Positions 46,714 to 58,075 of a stretch of 64,000 nucleotides of DNA are shown here, piece after piece. This DNA is from Vicugna vicugna. Its lineage: Eukaryota. How positions within the stretch are numbered: position 1 is the first letter of the stretch; the number at the start of each line of letters is the position of its first letter. The notes under the pieces were generated by a model. It did no database searches, was not told where the DNA came from, and worked only from the letters and a program-made list of their open reading frames with translations. The stretch spans positions 940,128 to 1,004,127 of the forward strand of contig MU060666.1 in assembly GCA_013265495.1 (NCBI GenBank), given 5' to 3'. Made by a program: the position numbers and the translations under genes.

Positions 46714-47770
46714 CTTCACAACCCTGGATTTGGCTATGGCTTCTTATTTATGACACCCAAGGCATGAAAACTAAAGGAAAAACAGATAAATCAGACTTCA
46801 TCAACCTTAAGAACTTCTGTGCAACAAAGGACACTATCAAGAAAATGAAAAGACAGTCCCCAGAATGGAAGAGAATATTGGCTAATCACATGTTGGACAA
46901 GGTCTAATACCTAGACTAGAAAAAGGGCCCTCACAACGAACAACAGAAAGAGAAACGACTCAAAGAAGGCAAAGGACTTGAACAGACATTCCTCCAAAGC
47001 AGCATGCGAACGATGAACATGGTCATGAGTCATCAGGGAAATGCGAATAAACCCACAATGAGATACCGCCTCCCGCCCCACAACTGATGTAATCAGAAAG
47101 GAAGACAGTAGCGCGTGTTAACAAGATGTGGGGACACTGGAACTCTCCTGCGCTGCTGGTGGGGGTGGAAGACCAGCCACTTTAGAAAATAGGCCGGCAG
47201 TTCCTCAAGAAGTTTAGATAGAGTTACTAGATGACCTAGCCATTTCCCTCCTGGGCAAGTACCCAGGAGAACCAAAAACAGATGTTCAAACAAAATTGGT
47301 ACAGGAATATTTATAGAAGTGCCCTTCACAGCAGCCAAAATGTGGAAACCACTCAAGTGTCCTTCAGTGGATGAATAGGTGAATAAAACGTGGTGTGTCA
47401 TACAATGGAATATTACTTACCAATAAAAAGGAACGAAGTATTGTCTACAACACAGATCAACCTTGACATCATCACACTGAGTGACAGCAGCCAGTCACCA
47501 AAGGTCACATGCTGTATGATGCCGTGTACGGGAAATGTTCAGAAATGGTGGACCCCACGGAGACAGAAAGCAAATTAGTGGTTGCCAGGGGGTTAGAGGA
47601 AAAGAGGAGGATGGAGAGTGACCTCTCATGTATAAGGTTTCCGTTTAGGCTGATGAGAAGTTTCTGGAACTCGGTAGTGGTTGCCCAACATTGTGAATAT
47701 TACTTAATGCCACTGCATTTTATGATTTTAAATGGTACGTGTATTTTACAAAAAAATAATAATAATAATA
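46714..47770 (+). mobile_element. 5'-truncated L1MB-like element (end of ORF2 and 3' UTR), sense to TECPR1
   Basis: Residual ORF2 peptide KTDKSDFINLKNFCATKDTIKKMKRQSPEWKRILANH, motif aatgtggaaaccactcaagtgtccttcagtggatgaat, and a terminal aaaaaataataataata tail. Confidence 0.9.
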
Positions 47771-47867
47771 CTGCCAGATTTTGACCCAAGACATACTGAT
47801 TCTAGGTGTGGCCAGAGGCCCTTTTAAAGTTCCTGAGGTTCCAGCTCCCTGGGGAGCAGGTTTTCAT

Positions 47868-47893
47868 GTGTGTGTGTGTGTATGTGTGTGTGT
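47868..47893. repeat. (TG)n microsatellite with one interruption
   Basis: gtgtgtgtgtgtgtatgtgtgtgtgt. Confidence 0.9.
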
Positions 47894-47972
47894 AGCACAG
47901 AGAGGCTGTGACTTGTCCAGGGGGTCACACAGCATGTGTGAGGGAGTCACAGGTCTGCCCCTCTCCTTCTAG

Positions 47973-48358
47973 CGCTGGCTGCTTCTTTGGCGACGAGGTG
48001 AGGGGCAGCGGCGAGTCCTGTGGGCCCAGTGACACAGATGCCTGCTCAGAGGCCGAGAAACCCGGGCCTGACCCGGACATCGGCGGGACTGCGGAGTGTG
48101 GCGTGGAGGTCGCCGGCTCTGCCTCCGCCCCAGCTGAGCTGCCCTGGACCAACATCGACCTGAAGGAGCCCAAGAAAGGACCCAGCCACTCGGCCCCCGG
48201 CTTTCCCGAGACCCCAGACCTCTCCTCGCTGGGCCTCCTCCCGCTGGGCTTGGAGGAGCCCTACAGCGCCGACTACCCCCCACTGTGGGCCTGGGTGTCA
48301 GGAGGAGGCTGTGCCGTGGAGGCCCACGCCGTGGTCAAGTGGTTCACCGTCCAGTCGG
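47973..48358 (+). CDS. TECPR1: TECPR1 coding exon 9 (central linker)
   Basis: AGCFFGDEVRGSGESCGPSD...AELPWTNIDLKEPKK...PLWAWVSGGGCAVEAHAVVKWFTVQS(G); 386 nt; donor gtaagg at 48359. Confidence 0.95.
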
Positions 48359-48717
48359 GTAAGGGCGGCCCAGCACCCCAGAGGGTACCCCTGGGGGACA
48401 GAACAGGCCCCCAGCCCAGCCAATGCCCCCACCGTGCTCATCTAGTCTCTCTGGGGCTTCCAAGACCAGCCGGGGACGTCGGAAGAGGGAGCGTCAGCCC
48501 AGTCCCCTCCCCCGTCCCAGCAGTGGTGGTGTTCTGGGCTGAACTGGGGCAGGGGGCGAGGGGACATCAGCTTTCCCATCAGGGTGAACGATGAGAGGGA
48601 GGGCTCACGGGATGATTTACAGAGGTGGTAGCTTTCTTAGAAAGAGCTGGTTAAAAAAAAATAAAGGGAGGCCTCACTGGCCAGGCGCCTGGCCCTGAGG
48701 CTCTGGCCGGCCCGCAG

Positions 48718-48863
48718 GCCTGTCCCCCTCGGTGCAGACGCTCTCGTTATCCATCACGCCCGCCCAGACCGCCGCCTGGCGGAAGCAGATCTTCCAGCAG
48801 CTCACAGAAAGGACCAAGCGCGAGCTGGAGAACTTCCGACACTATGAGCAGGCCGTGGAGCAG
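48718..48863 (+). CDS. TECPR1: TECPR1 coding exon 10 (ATG5-interacting region)
   Basis: LSPSVQTLSLSITPAQTAAWRKQIFQQLTERTKRELENFRHYEQAVEQ. Confidence 0.97.
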
Positions 48864-49089
48864 GTGGGCTGTTTCCCACCGGCATTCACTGAGTGCCTGC
48901 TGGACGCCCACCCCGAGATGGGTAGGAGAGAGAAGAGGGGTGCATCCATCCCTCGGTGTGGCCGTCTGGGATGTAAAGCCATCCCTGGAGGCCCTTGTAG
49001 ATTCAAGGAAGAAAAATCTACAAGAACCTACAAGTTCAGGCACCACTGTGTCCCAGGCACAGAGGACCTGGCCACATCTTGGCTAGTGG

Positions 49090-49220
49090 CACAGGATTGA
49101 GCCTCTGGAGACTGGCAGGCCAGGAGTGGGTCCCAGCTTTGCTGCTGACTCACTGTGACCCTGGGCCAGGCCCAGAACTTACCTGGGCCTCAGTTTCCCC
49201 ATCCCCAGCACAGGGTAACA
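49090..49220 (+). mobile_element. MIR fragment
   Basis: gggtcccagctttgctgctgactcactgtgaccctgggc...cctgggcctcagtttccccatc. Confidence 0.65.
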
Positions 49221-49476
49221 GAACCGATCCCGCAGATTGAACCAGGAAGTTATTCAGAGAATTCACTAGCTCCAGGCTCAGTACCTGTCAGGGGTCTGAT
49301 AGGATCACTTGTGTCCTTAGGGTGAAGAGGGGGAGTTGGGAGTGCCGAGAGGGAGCCCCCGGTGAGGCAGTGAAGGGACTGGGGGCCAGGGTGGCCCTGG
49401 GGTGCTGGGAACTGGGCCGGAATCTGGGGGCCCAGTTGTGACTCTGTCCCCTCGCCCCCTGGGGTTTGTGCCACAG

Positions 49477-49632
49477 TCGGTGTGGGTGAAGACGGGGGCC
49501 CTGCAGTGGTGGTGTGACTGGAAACCGCACAAGTGGGTGGACGTCCGAGTGGCCCTGGAGCAGTTCACGGGGCACGACGGGGCTCGGGACAGCATCCTCT
49601 TCATCTACTACGTGGTCCATGAGGAGAAGAAG
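49477..49632 (+). CDS. TECPR1: TECPR1 coding exon 11 (PH domain)
   Basis: SVWVKTGALQWWCDWKPHKWVDVRVALEQFTGHDGARDSILFIYYVVHEEKK. Confidence 0.97.
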
Positions 49633-50182
49633 GTGGGGGGACGCCATAGGGGGAGGAGCAGCAGTGGGAGGTCTGGGGAAGGGGAGCCCACGGGAGGGGG
49701 TGCAGGGACGGCCCTGAGACACTGGCCCCAAGGTGCTCGGCCCAGGACCGTGTGCGGCGTCTGCAGAGCGCTGGCCCATGGTAGCGGCATCCCGGGCTGG
49801 TCCATGGCGGGCAGGTGTGTGCCAGCTTCACTCCCAGCTGCTGACAGGCCTTCGCGTTCCAGAGGAGAAATCAGGCTCAGGGAGGCTGAGCTACCCACCC
49901 CTCTGGGGCTGGGGCTTGAACCCAGTCCATCTGGTTCTAAGTGCCCTTGTCAACATCAAAAACATCTCTAAGGCTTTTGCTCACGAATGAGGCCTCCACA
50001 CTGGAACCTGCCCACTGACCACCAAACCTCGGGGGGCCCTGAGACCGCCTCTGGAATCGGGAGTCCCCGGACGGCCCTGTCCATCCACCACGCGGGGGCT
50101 CTGCCCAGAGGCCCACAGTGCCCCCAGCCCCGCAGGCCCCTGCTCTGCCTGTGACAGCCGTGCCCCTGGCCTCTGTGAACAG

Positions 50183-50332
50183 TATGTCCACGTGTTCCTC
50201 AACGAGGTCACGGCGCTGGTCCCCGTGCTGCACGAGGCCAAGCACTCCTTCGCCCTGTACACCCCCGAGAGGACGCGGCAGAGGTGGCCTGTGCGCCTGG
50301 CCGCCACCACCGAGCAGGACATGAGCGACTGG
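50183..50332 (+). CDS. TECPR1: TECPR1 coding exon 12 (PH domain)
   Basis: YVHVFLNEVTALVPVLHEAKHSFALYTPERTRQRWPVRLAATTEQDMSDW; donor gtaagt. Confidence 0.97.
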
Positions 50333-50430
50333 GTAAGTGGACGGGGTCCCGCAGCCCGGGGTCAGGGAGCCGCCCAGCTGGGCTGCCGGCCGCCCCCTTC
50401 CCAGCGCTGACCAGCCCGTGCCCCTGTCAG

Positions 50431-50588
50431 CTTGCCCTGCTCAACCTGTCCTGCTGCGAGAGCCGGAGGGTCCACGGCCGCCCCTCCCCGCAGGCCATCT
50501 GGTCCGTCACCTGCAAGGGGGACATCTTCGTGAGCGAGCCCAGCCCGGACCTGGAGGCCCCCGAGCGCCTGCTGCCCTGCGACCAGAT
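50431..50588 (+). CDS. TECPR1: TECPR1 coding exon 13
   Basis: LALLNLSCCESRRVHGRPSPQAIWSVTCKGDIFVSEPSPDLEAPERLLPCDQ(M). Confidence 0.96.
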
Positions 50589-51473
50589 GTGAGTGGGCTG
50601 CATTCCCTATGGGGCTGGGGCCTGGCCACCCCGCCCGAGCTGGGTTCCCACTGGCTGGCTGGTTCCCAGGCCTCGAGTCTTCCTGGGCCTGTGCAAGGGT
50701 CCCCAGAGGGCACACGGACCCTCACTGTGTGCTGAGGGGTGAGGCAGGCGTGGCCCTGCAGGCAGCATTTAAAATCACGAGATGGAGTGGGGCCACCTGT
50801 CGGGGGCAGTGTGAGCAGAGTCCTGGGGTGCCTGGCATTTTGGTTGGGGAAGTGGAAGGGGACCCAGCAGAGGACTCAGGCTTCCTGATTCTGTCCTGAC
50901 ACTGTCCCCAGAGCCCATGAGGACCAGAGGGACATAGGGAAGGCCAGGAGGGAGGGAGGGTGGATATCTGACCTTTATCTGCTTTTGGCGGCCCTGTGTG
51001 CCCGGTGCCTAGTTGGACAAGTCGCCTTTGGGGGCAGTTGCAGGGCCTCCGCCTGCAAGAGGGTGACCCAGGAGGCCATGCTGTCACCGCACAGCCTGTC
51101 ACTGACATCCTTGCCGTCTGCCGGCCCATGGAGGGGCTCATTCTGCTCTACCATGACCGGCCGACCCTGGCCCCAGAGGGCAGGGTGAAACTTGAACCAC
51201 TGACCTGGACCCTGTCCACCCAGCTCCAGGGGTCAGGGGCTCCTGAAGCCTCGCCCGCAGGGGCCTGACCATCTCCTGCGTGGCTCTCAGCTGCCTTCGC
51301 TGATTAATACCTGATGGAAAGCCAAGCAGGTTCCCTTGTCCTTAATAAAGTCTATCATTTGGAGGCTGAAGATGAGTGAAACAGAGGTCCCTGGGAGGCG
51401 ATGGGGCAAAGCGGGGTAGAAGGCTGGAAAGTCCTGCTAGATGCGTTTCTCCCCACCCTCCTTTCTCCTCCAG

Positions 51474-51601
51474 GTTCTGGCGACAGATGGGCGGTCACCT
51501 GCGGCTGGTGGAGGCCAACAGCCGGGGCGTGGTGTGGGGCATTGGCTACGACCACACGGCCTGGGTGTACACGGGCGGCTACGGCGGAGGCTGCTTCCAA
51601 G
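51474..51601 (+). CDS. TECPR1: TECPR1 coding exon 14
   Basis: FWRQMGGHLRLVEANSRGVVWGIGYDHTAWVYTGGYGGGCFQ(G). Confidence 0.97.
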
Positions 51602-52586
51602 GTGAGGGTGGCAGGACCCGCTCCCCGAGCCACGCCTCCCGGGCTGTCCCCCTCAACCCCGGCTGGCTTCCCTGCCCCATGCCAGAGTCGCCACCGCAGT
51701 GTTGACGCTCAGCTGACAGCTGCCTGACAGGTGACCTTCACCACTGCCAGCCTTCAAAGTCCTGGGGCCAGCTCACAAGGTGTGAGAACCGAGAGACCAG
51801 GCCTCGCTTCTGATCTACCTTCTGGGCACCCAACAGCTGTGCCAGATGCCCTGAGGATTCTAGAAAGATAGCTTCCAGGGCGCTCATTTCACAGACGAGG
51901 TCTCAGGGGAAGTTGGGGAAGCTGTAGGACCCCAGTCTCCTGATTCCCAGGCCTGAATTCCAGCCCCCCTTTAGATGGGTCGTGCCTTAGGGGCCAAGAG
52001 CTTGCTGAACCCAGGTGGACTCCCTGAGTTCTAAGAGGCAGGGTCCCTGTGCCTACTATTGGTAAATGGAGGCAGAATCAAATGCTGAAGTGGGACATTC
52101 CATGTCACAGCTCACACGCCCCACAATGAGGGGGGCTAACCCTGTAGAACTGTGGTCCACTAAGACCACAGGAACGCATGTCTGTGGTGGCTTAACAGCT
52201 TCCGTTTGTGAGGCAGGAATTACCTTTAGTCTCCATCTCCCAAATGAGGAAAGTGGGGCTTAGAGGGGTGATGTGAGTGGTCCAAGGCAACTTTATTAGT
52301 CAGGAGTGACTGGGTGGGCCTCTCATCTGCCCACCACCAGGTAAGTGGGATGGGAATGGGGGAGGAGGTGCCGCCGAGCACGGAGCTGGGGGTTCAGTGC
52401 ACCACAGGCTCGTCCATCCAGGTTGTGCAACCCCGGGATAATCCCAGAGAAGAGAAACCCAAGCTGGCCAGGCCCTGTGAGATAAACCCACCCTCCCCAT
52501 CCACTCTCCGGGTCCCGGGGTGCTTCATGCAGAAGCCCGAGTGCCCGGAGGGCAGGGGCGGGTCTGGCAGCCTCCTCTCCCCGCAG

Positions 52587-52689
52587 GCCTGGCCAGCAGC
52601 ACCGGCAACATCTACACACAGTCGGACGTCAAGTGCGTCTACATCTATGAGAACCAGCGCTGGAACCCCGTCACCGGCTACACCAGCAG
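52587..52689 (+). CDS. TECPR1: TECPR1 coding exon 15 (start of C-terminal DysF)
   Basis: LASSTGNIYTQSDVKCVYIYENQRWNPVTGYTS(R); the YENQRWNP motif repeats that of the N-terminal DysF. Confidence 0.97.
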
Positions 52690-52789
52690 GTGAGCGGCTC
52701 GGGCGCCCATGGAAACACGCCCGAGGGGCACAGCCACGTCCCCCGTAGCATGAGAGCTGGCGTGCGGCCCCCGATGTGGAGCTAACTGG

Positions 52790-53070
52790 ATCTTACCACT
52801 TACAGGACTTTTTCCTTGAATCTTTAAGTATAACACATGTGTTTATAACTCACTTATTGAGAGACGTCACATGCATAGAATGCATGAAACACGCATGTGT
52901 GTGGTGAGATGTGTCTGTGTGTCTATAAATACACGTGTAAATGTATAACCTGTAAATCTATGTGTAACAGATACAACTCTGTTTACATCATTGAGTTATC
53001 ACAAGTCAAACTTTAGTGTGATCACTACCCAGGTCAAGAAATAGAACACTGCCACCCCCTCCCCATGCCC
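52790..53070 (-). mobile_element. Old L1M 3' UTR fragment
   Basis: gtgatcactacccaggtcaagaaatagaacactgccacccc motif in an AT-rich block. Confidence 0.65.
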
Positions 53071-53539
53071 TCTGGTGCTTTTTGGGTAGGGGTGGCAGGT
53101 AGTTACTTAAGTTTCTTTTAAAGTTTTGCTGAATTTAAACTCCACCAAGTATCACAGCCTCCACCAAAATTATTTTCATTCTCCAAATGTGAGGCTTCGG
53201 GACGTGATAGTCAATATGCTAGGTTTAGGGCAGAAGCAGGGACACTATAAAATCTAAACTATACGCAGTTTTTCTTTTCTGCCCACTCAGCACGGAAACA
53301 TATTTCTCATTACCCTGTCCTGGGGTATTTTGTTTGTTTGTTTTAGAAAGTAAGCAAGTTGCGGTATTTCTTAGCCTTTAAAGCCCACTGGAAGGCTTTG
53401 GGCCGGCCAGAGCAGTGGTTCTCAAACTTGAGACTCATCCCAGCCCAGTGTCGGGGCTCCTCCCAGACCCTGACTGTGGTTCTCTTCTTTCAATGGGCCC
53501 TGTTCCATATCCTTTATAATGAAACTATGATCCTAATTA

Positions 53540-55070
53540 GGGAGCTTTCCTGAGTGGTCGCAGCAAATATCTAGGAGGTAATGTGAACCCCAGAATTTGT
53601 AGCCAGAAATGCAGTGTGACTGGTGTCTGAAGTGGGAACTGTGCCCTTTAACTTGTGGGGACAGAGTGGTGTTGCAGTCCACCCAGTTGGTGCTGGAACA
53701 GCCAGTTCTCCACAGTGGGTGTACCGTCCACACTCTCACGGGCAGGGCATGCCCCACATCTTTGCTGGTTTCTTGTGTTTTAGCCACATTAGTGAGAGTG
53801 CAGCAGTATCTCCCACTTCTACCTTCTGTGTCCTGGGGGTTAACGAGGCTGAGCACATTTCATACATGTACTGGCACTTGGATGCCCTCCTTTGTGAAAT
53901 GCTCCTTCAGGTCCCTGTCCTGTGTTTTGCTTGGATGATCTCTTTTTCTTGATTTGCTAGTGCTCTTTACATATGAAGGTGTGAGCCTTTTGTTACGTCT
54001 CCTGTTCTGCAGCTTGCTTCTCACCCTGTTAGTGATGACTTTTAATTATTAAATGTAGTCCTCTTGCTCATCCTGTTTTTTTACATAAAGTTAGGGCCTT
54101 TAAAAAATTCTCTTGAGAAATCTCATTAACCATGGGGTAAACTCCCATCTCTGGAACAGCAGTCAGCAAACTTTTTCTATAAAGGACCAGACAGTAAATG
54201 GTTCAGGTGTCATGGACCCTGGGACCCCTCTCACCACAACACACTCTGCAGCTGTTGCCTGAAAAAAGCATGTGAACAAATCAGCATCACTGTGGCCCAA
54301 TAAGACATTATACCTCCGCACAAATTTGAATTGCATAGAATTTTCACATGTCCCGAAGCATTATACTTCTTTTGATTTTTTCTCAACCATCTTAAAATGT
54401 CAAAACCACCCTCAGCTTGTAGGCTGTGTCAAAACAGGCCTGAGGGTCATGGTTTGTTTATTCCTCTGTCTTGTCCAGTTAGATCTAGAGGCCCCCTGCC
54501 CCCCGGCCTGAACCCTCTGTTACATAGTCCCATTTGGTAGGAGTCAGGTGCTGTTGGGTTTTCACAGTCCAGGGACCCACACCATTTTTTGAAAAGACTG
54601 TCCTTCCCCATTGCATCACAATGGCCACCTTTGTCTTAAGTGTCCACGTGGGCAGTGGCTGTTCCCAAGCCCTTCTCTTCCGTGTGCCACTGGGCATCCT
54701 TGTGCTGTTCCAGCTGCCACCCCTCTATGGGAAGTTGTCATGGCTGGCTGTCAAAGCTTCTCATCTTCTTCATCCAGCTTTAGCTATTTCAGGATCATTT
54801 CTAGGTGAGTTTCAGAGGCAGTCTTCAAAAGGCACTGGGGTCTTGGTCAGGATGGCTTTGGATCTGTATTGATTTGGGTAGAAACCTTACATCACAATCC
54901 TAAATCTTCAAAATCTGGACACAATTTATACCTCCATTTATGTAGATCTTTAATTTCCACTTAATAAGTTCTTGTGATTTTCTCTATAGGGGTCTTGACA
55001 TTTTTTATAAATGGTATTTCACATTTTTGGTGTATGATAAATGGCACAAACTTTTAAATTTCCTTTTGTG
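53540..55070 (-). mobile_element. Degenerate antisense L1M interrupted by MER58
   Basis: caccatttttgaaaagactgtccttccccattg, ggatggctttggatctgtattgatttggg, gctgagcacatttcatacatgtactggc. Confidence 0.68.
54157..54467. mobile_element. MER58B-like hAT-Charlie element
   Basis: cagcaaactttttctataaaggaccagacagtaaat...aaatttgaattgcatagaattttcacatgtc...cttcttttgattttttt.caaccat matches the recalled MER58B consensus. Confidence 0.8.
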
Positions 55071-55634
55071 GGTCTTTCAAAATTGATGAAAAAAAGAAAT
55101 ACCAAATAACGTGAAGGATCAACTCGAATCACACCAACCAGAGATAGTAACCGCTATTAGCATTCTGGTCCATGTCCTCTGGCCCATCGCTGCACACGGG
55201 CGTGTGCCGGCGGGAGGCGGGCAGAGTCAGGCACATAAAGATGCCCTGTGCTGGCCTCCCAGCTCAGTCTCTGAGGGTGGGCCCGGCCTCTCTGACCTCT
55301 CTCCTCAGTCTCGGACGTGTAGACCGCGGGTGATCTTTCCCTGTCGTTAAAGGATTTCCTTGTGTGTAAATATTTGTGACTCTCTCTGTTCACCCCAGCA
55401 AATCAGGGTTTGAGCTCTTCTAAGGCAGCTGATACATGTTGCCTACATGTGTTCTGGAAGTTTCCGAATCGGCTGTGAGTAGCTAGGACCCACACGGGAG
55501 GCTGGCGCACTTCATCTCCCCGTCCTCCTCACTCCCTGCTTGGTCCTTGGCAGAGGGAAGGCGGCCCGGGCTCCCCAGCCCACACAGAGAGGGCAGCCGC
55601 CCCAGGGCCACGGCCACCCGGAGCCTGCCGCGAG

Positions 55635-56081
55635 TGTATCAGTCAGCGAGAGCCACTGTGACAAAACCCCACGGGCCGAGCGGCTCAAACAGTGGGGAGG
55701 CCACGAGGCCTGAGAGCAGGTGTCAGCGGGGTGACTGCCTTTTGAGGGCTGTGAGCGAGGATCTTTTCTGGCCTTGCTCCTGGCTTCCAGTGGCCTTGGG
55801 ACTCCCTCAGCTGGTGGCAGCGTCACTCCCGTTGTCACATGTCCTTCTCCGTGTGTCTTCACGTCGTCTCCCCAATTTGGGAAACCTGGGTTCAAGTGTC
55901 CCTTCTCCGTAAGGACGGTTAGGCCCCTTCACTCCAGTGATGGTCTCATCTCAATTTGATCGTCTGCAAAGACTCTATTTCCAAATAAGGTCACACTCCC
56001 AGGTACTGGGGTTAGGGCTCCGTGTCTTTTCAGGTCACAAGAGAAAGATGGGAGGGGTCCCGGACCACACAACGTGCCACA
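55635..56081 (-). mobile_element. MLT1C-like solo LTR
   Basis: ctgcaaagactctatttccaaataaggtcacactcccaggtactggggttagg; about 450 bp with TG...CA ends. Confidence 0.8.
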
Positions 56082-56289
56082 GCCCTCGTGTGGGAGGCCC
56101 GGCTGTGCTTGTAGGCCGGGCCTGCGTGATGTGGGTCAGCCAGTGGCCGTCCCCATCCCTGGGCACTTCTGGCTCCGCCCCTCACCCCTCCGGAGATGCA
56201 GATGTCCCAGGAGCTTGGGCGGGGCAGGCTTATTGCCTCCTCTCTCTGGTGTCACCTCACCCCTCACCTCACCCTGTTGTCCTGCCCAG

Positions 56290-56386
56290 GGGTCTGCCCA
56301 CTGACCGGTACATGTGGAGTGACGCCACGGGGCTGCAGGAGTGCACCAAGACCAGCACGAAGCCCCCGTCCCTGCAGTGGACCTGG
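56290..56386 (+). CDS. TECPR1: TECPR1 coding exon 16
   Basis: GLPTDRYMWSDATGLQECTKTSTKPPSLQWTW; donor gtgagc. Confidence 0.96.
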
Positions 56387-56455
56387 GTGAGCTCCGGGTG
56401 GGGGAAGGGGGGCTGCAGTAGGGGGAGGCCCCGCACTGACCCGCCCCTCCCCCAG

Positions 56456-56535
56456 GTTTCTGACTGGTTCGTGGATTTCAGCGTTTCTGGGGGCACTGAC
56501 CAGGAGGGGTGGCAGTACGCCAGTGACTTCCCTGC
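56456..56535 (+). CDS. TECPR1: TECPR1 coding exon 17
   Basis: VSDWFVDFSVSGGTDQEGWQYASDFP(A); donor gtaagt. Confidence 0.96.
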
Positions 56536-57569
56536 GTAAGTATCTCTGTCTGTAGGGGGAGGGGGCCTCGGGGTGGGGGCCCCGAGCTGCAGGCCTGGTC
56601 AGCCAGCAGAGCCCCTGCCCCTGCCCCGCAGCCCTGGGCATCTCCGGCCTCCACAAGCACCGAGGAGCAGGCCCCTGTGTGCCCGCCTCCGCTGGAGAGG
56701 TGTGGGGGGCCCAGGTGAGGTTGAGCCCGCACACCTGGCCGGTGGGGGTGGGCTGAGGGAGGAGCGCACGGCCCCTCAGCACCCAGGTGTGCCTGCGCTG
56801 TGCTGGGCATGGGTTCTGGGAGGCCAGGGAATCTGGTGCCTTGCGCTGGGGGCTCAAGGAAGCCTGAGGTGACTTGGGTGCCAGAGTCAGGGTGGTTTCG
56901 GGGGACTCTTCGGCCAGGCCCCAGGTGATGGGCAGGGGTCTCCCAACACCAGGGAGAGTGTCAGGGTGGAGGGGCGACATGGAGTGAGGCCAGGCCACCC
57001 TGGGAGGCAGGAGACCCAGTGTGTTGGGACCTTCTGTAAAAGGAAGGGTAAGGGACAAGCCAGCGAAGATGGGGGCCCTGGCATCGGGTGCACGGTATCA
57101 GCAGGGTGGGCCCTTCATGGAACACGAATCACGTCCAGATGGAGGGCAGAGTCCGAGCCAGGGCCCAGGCCGGGGCCCAGGCCACATCTTCTAAGCAGAC
57201 CTAGGCTCATGGGGGCTCCTGGACGGGTCCTCCCCTTCAGCCTCAGGCCCCGAGCCCGACTGCTCCCCAGAAGAGCTCTGATGGGGCCTGGAGTAGGGAG
57301 GGCTCAGAGGACCCTTAGCTAGAAATGGCTATATCCTGGCCCCACCGAGGTCCCTGCCCCAGGGAGACCCCAGCCCCCGGGAGGCCCTGGCCCCTGGGAG
57401 GCCCAGACAGAGCTAGAGAAATCTGAGGAGGGGGATGGTGTCCTGCGGTTACCTGTTGCCCTGAGCCCACTCCACAGTTCACACCAAGCTCTGTAACGCA
57501 TGCGGAGAGAATGTCACTTTCCAGAAACTTCCACAAGATGGTCTCAGTTTCTGCTTCTTCCTCTTACAG

Positions 57570-57626
57570 CTCCTACCACGGGTACAAAACCATGAAGGAT
57601 TTTGTCAGGAGGAGGTGCTGGGCCAG
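57570..57626 (+). CDS. TECPR1: TECPR1 coding exon 18
   Basis: SYHGYKTMKDFVRRRCWA(R); 57 nt. Confidence 0.96.
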
Positions 57627-58075
57627 GTATGGAGGGAGGTACAGGGGGTGGGGTGTGGCCTGGGCCAGACCTCCCTGCCTGGACCTCAGTTCCTGTGGAG
57701 AGAAGGGGAGGTTTCTGGGGAGGAGAGCCCAGGATCAAAGTAAATGTCAGCCCAGGAAGTGCCCTCGGGCTCCCAGTGCTGTTTCTGAAGAGTTTGTTTT
57801 CAAGAACAAATAAGAGAAATGTCATTGGCAGGCTCTGCTTGTCAGAGGACCTGCAGGACGGGAGGGGAGGGGAGGGGAGGCCTGGCCAGGGGTGGGGGCA
57901 GGGCAGAGGCTGAGGGTGTGGAGGCTGGTGCCCCCCTGGTGCTCGCGGGCTCGTCGACCCCCTCCCCAGGGCCCAGGGCCCAGGGCCTGGCAGCTCCCTT
58001 CTGTCCAGCACAGGTGGCCCTGAGGCTCACTTAGCATCAGGGTGCCCAGGACTCTGCTCTCTCTCTGCCCAGCAG

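Noticed and set aside
46590-46907. 105-aa ORF with reverse-transcriptase-family similarity
   Set aside because: A decayed L1 ORF2 fragment with nearby stops and frameshifts; not an active element or a host gene.
55937-56289. Open frame from the MLT1C LTR into TECPR1 coding exon 16, suggesting an LTR-driven short isoform
   Set aside because: The LTR is antisense to TECPR1 and the upstream peptide is not protein-like; a chance open frame.
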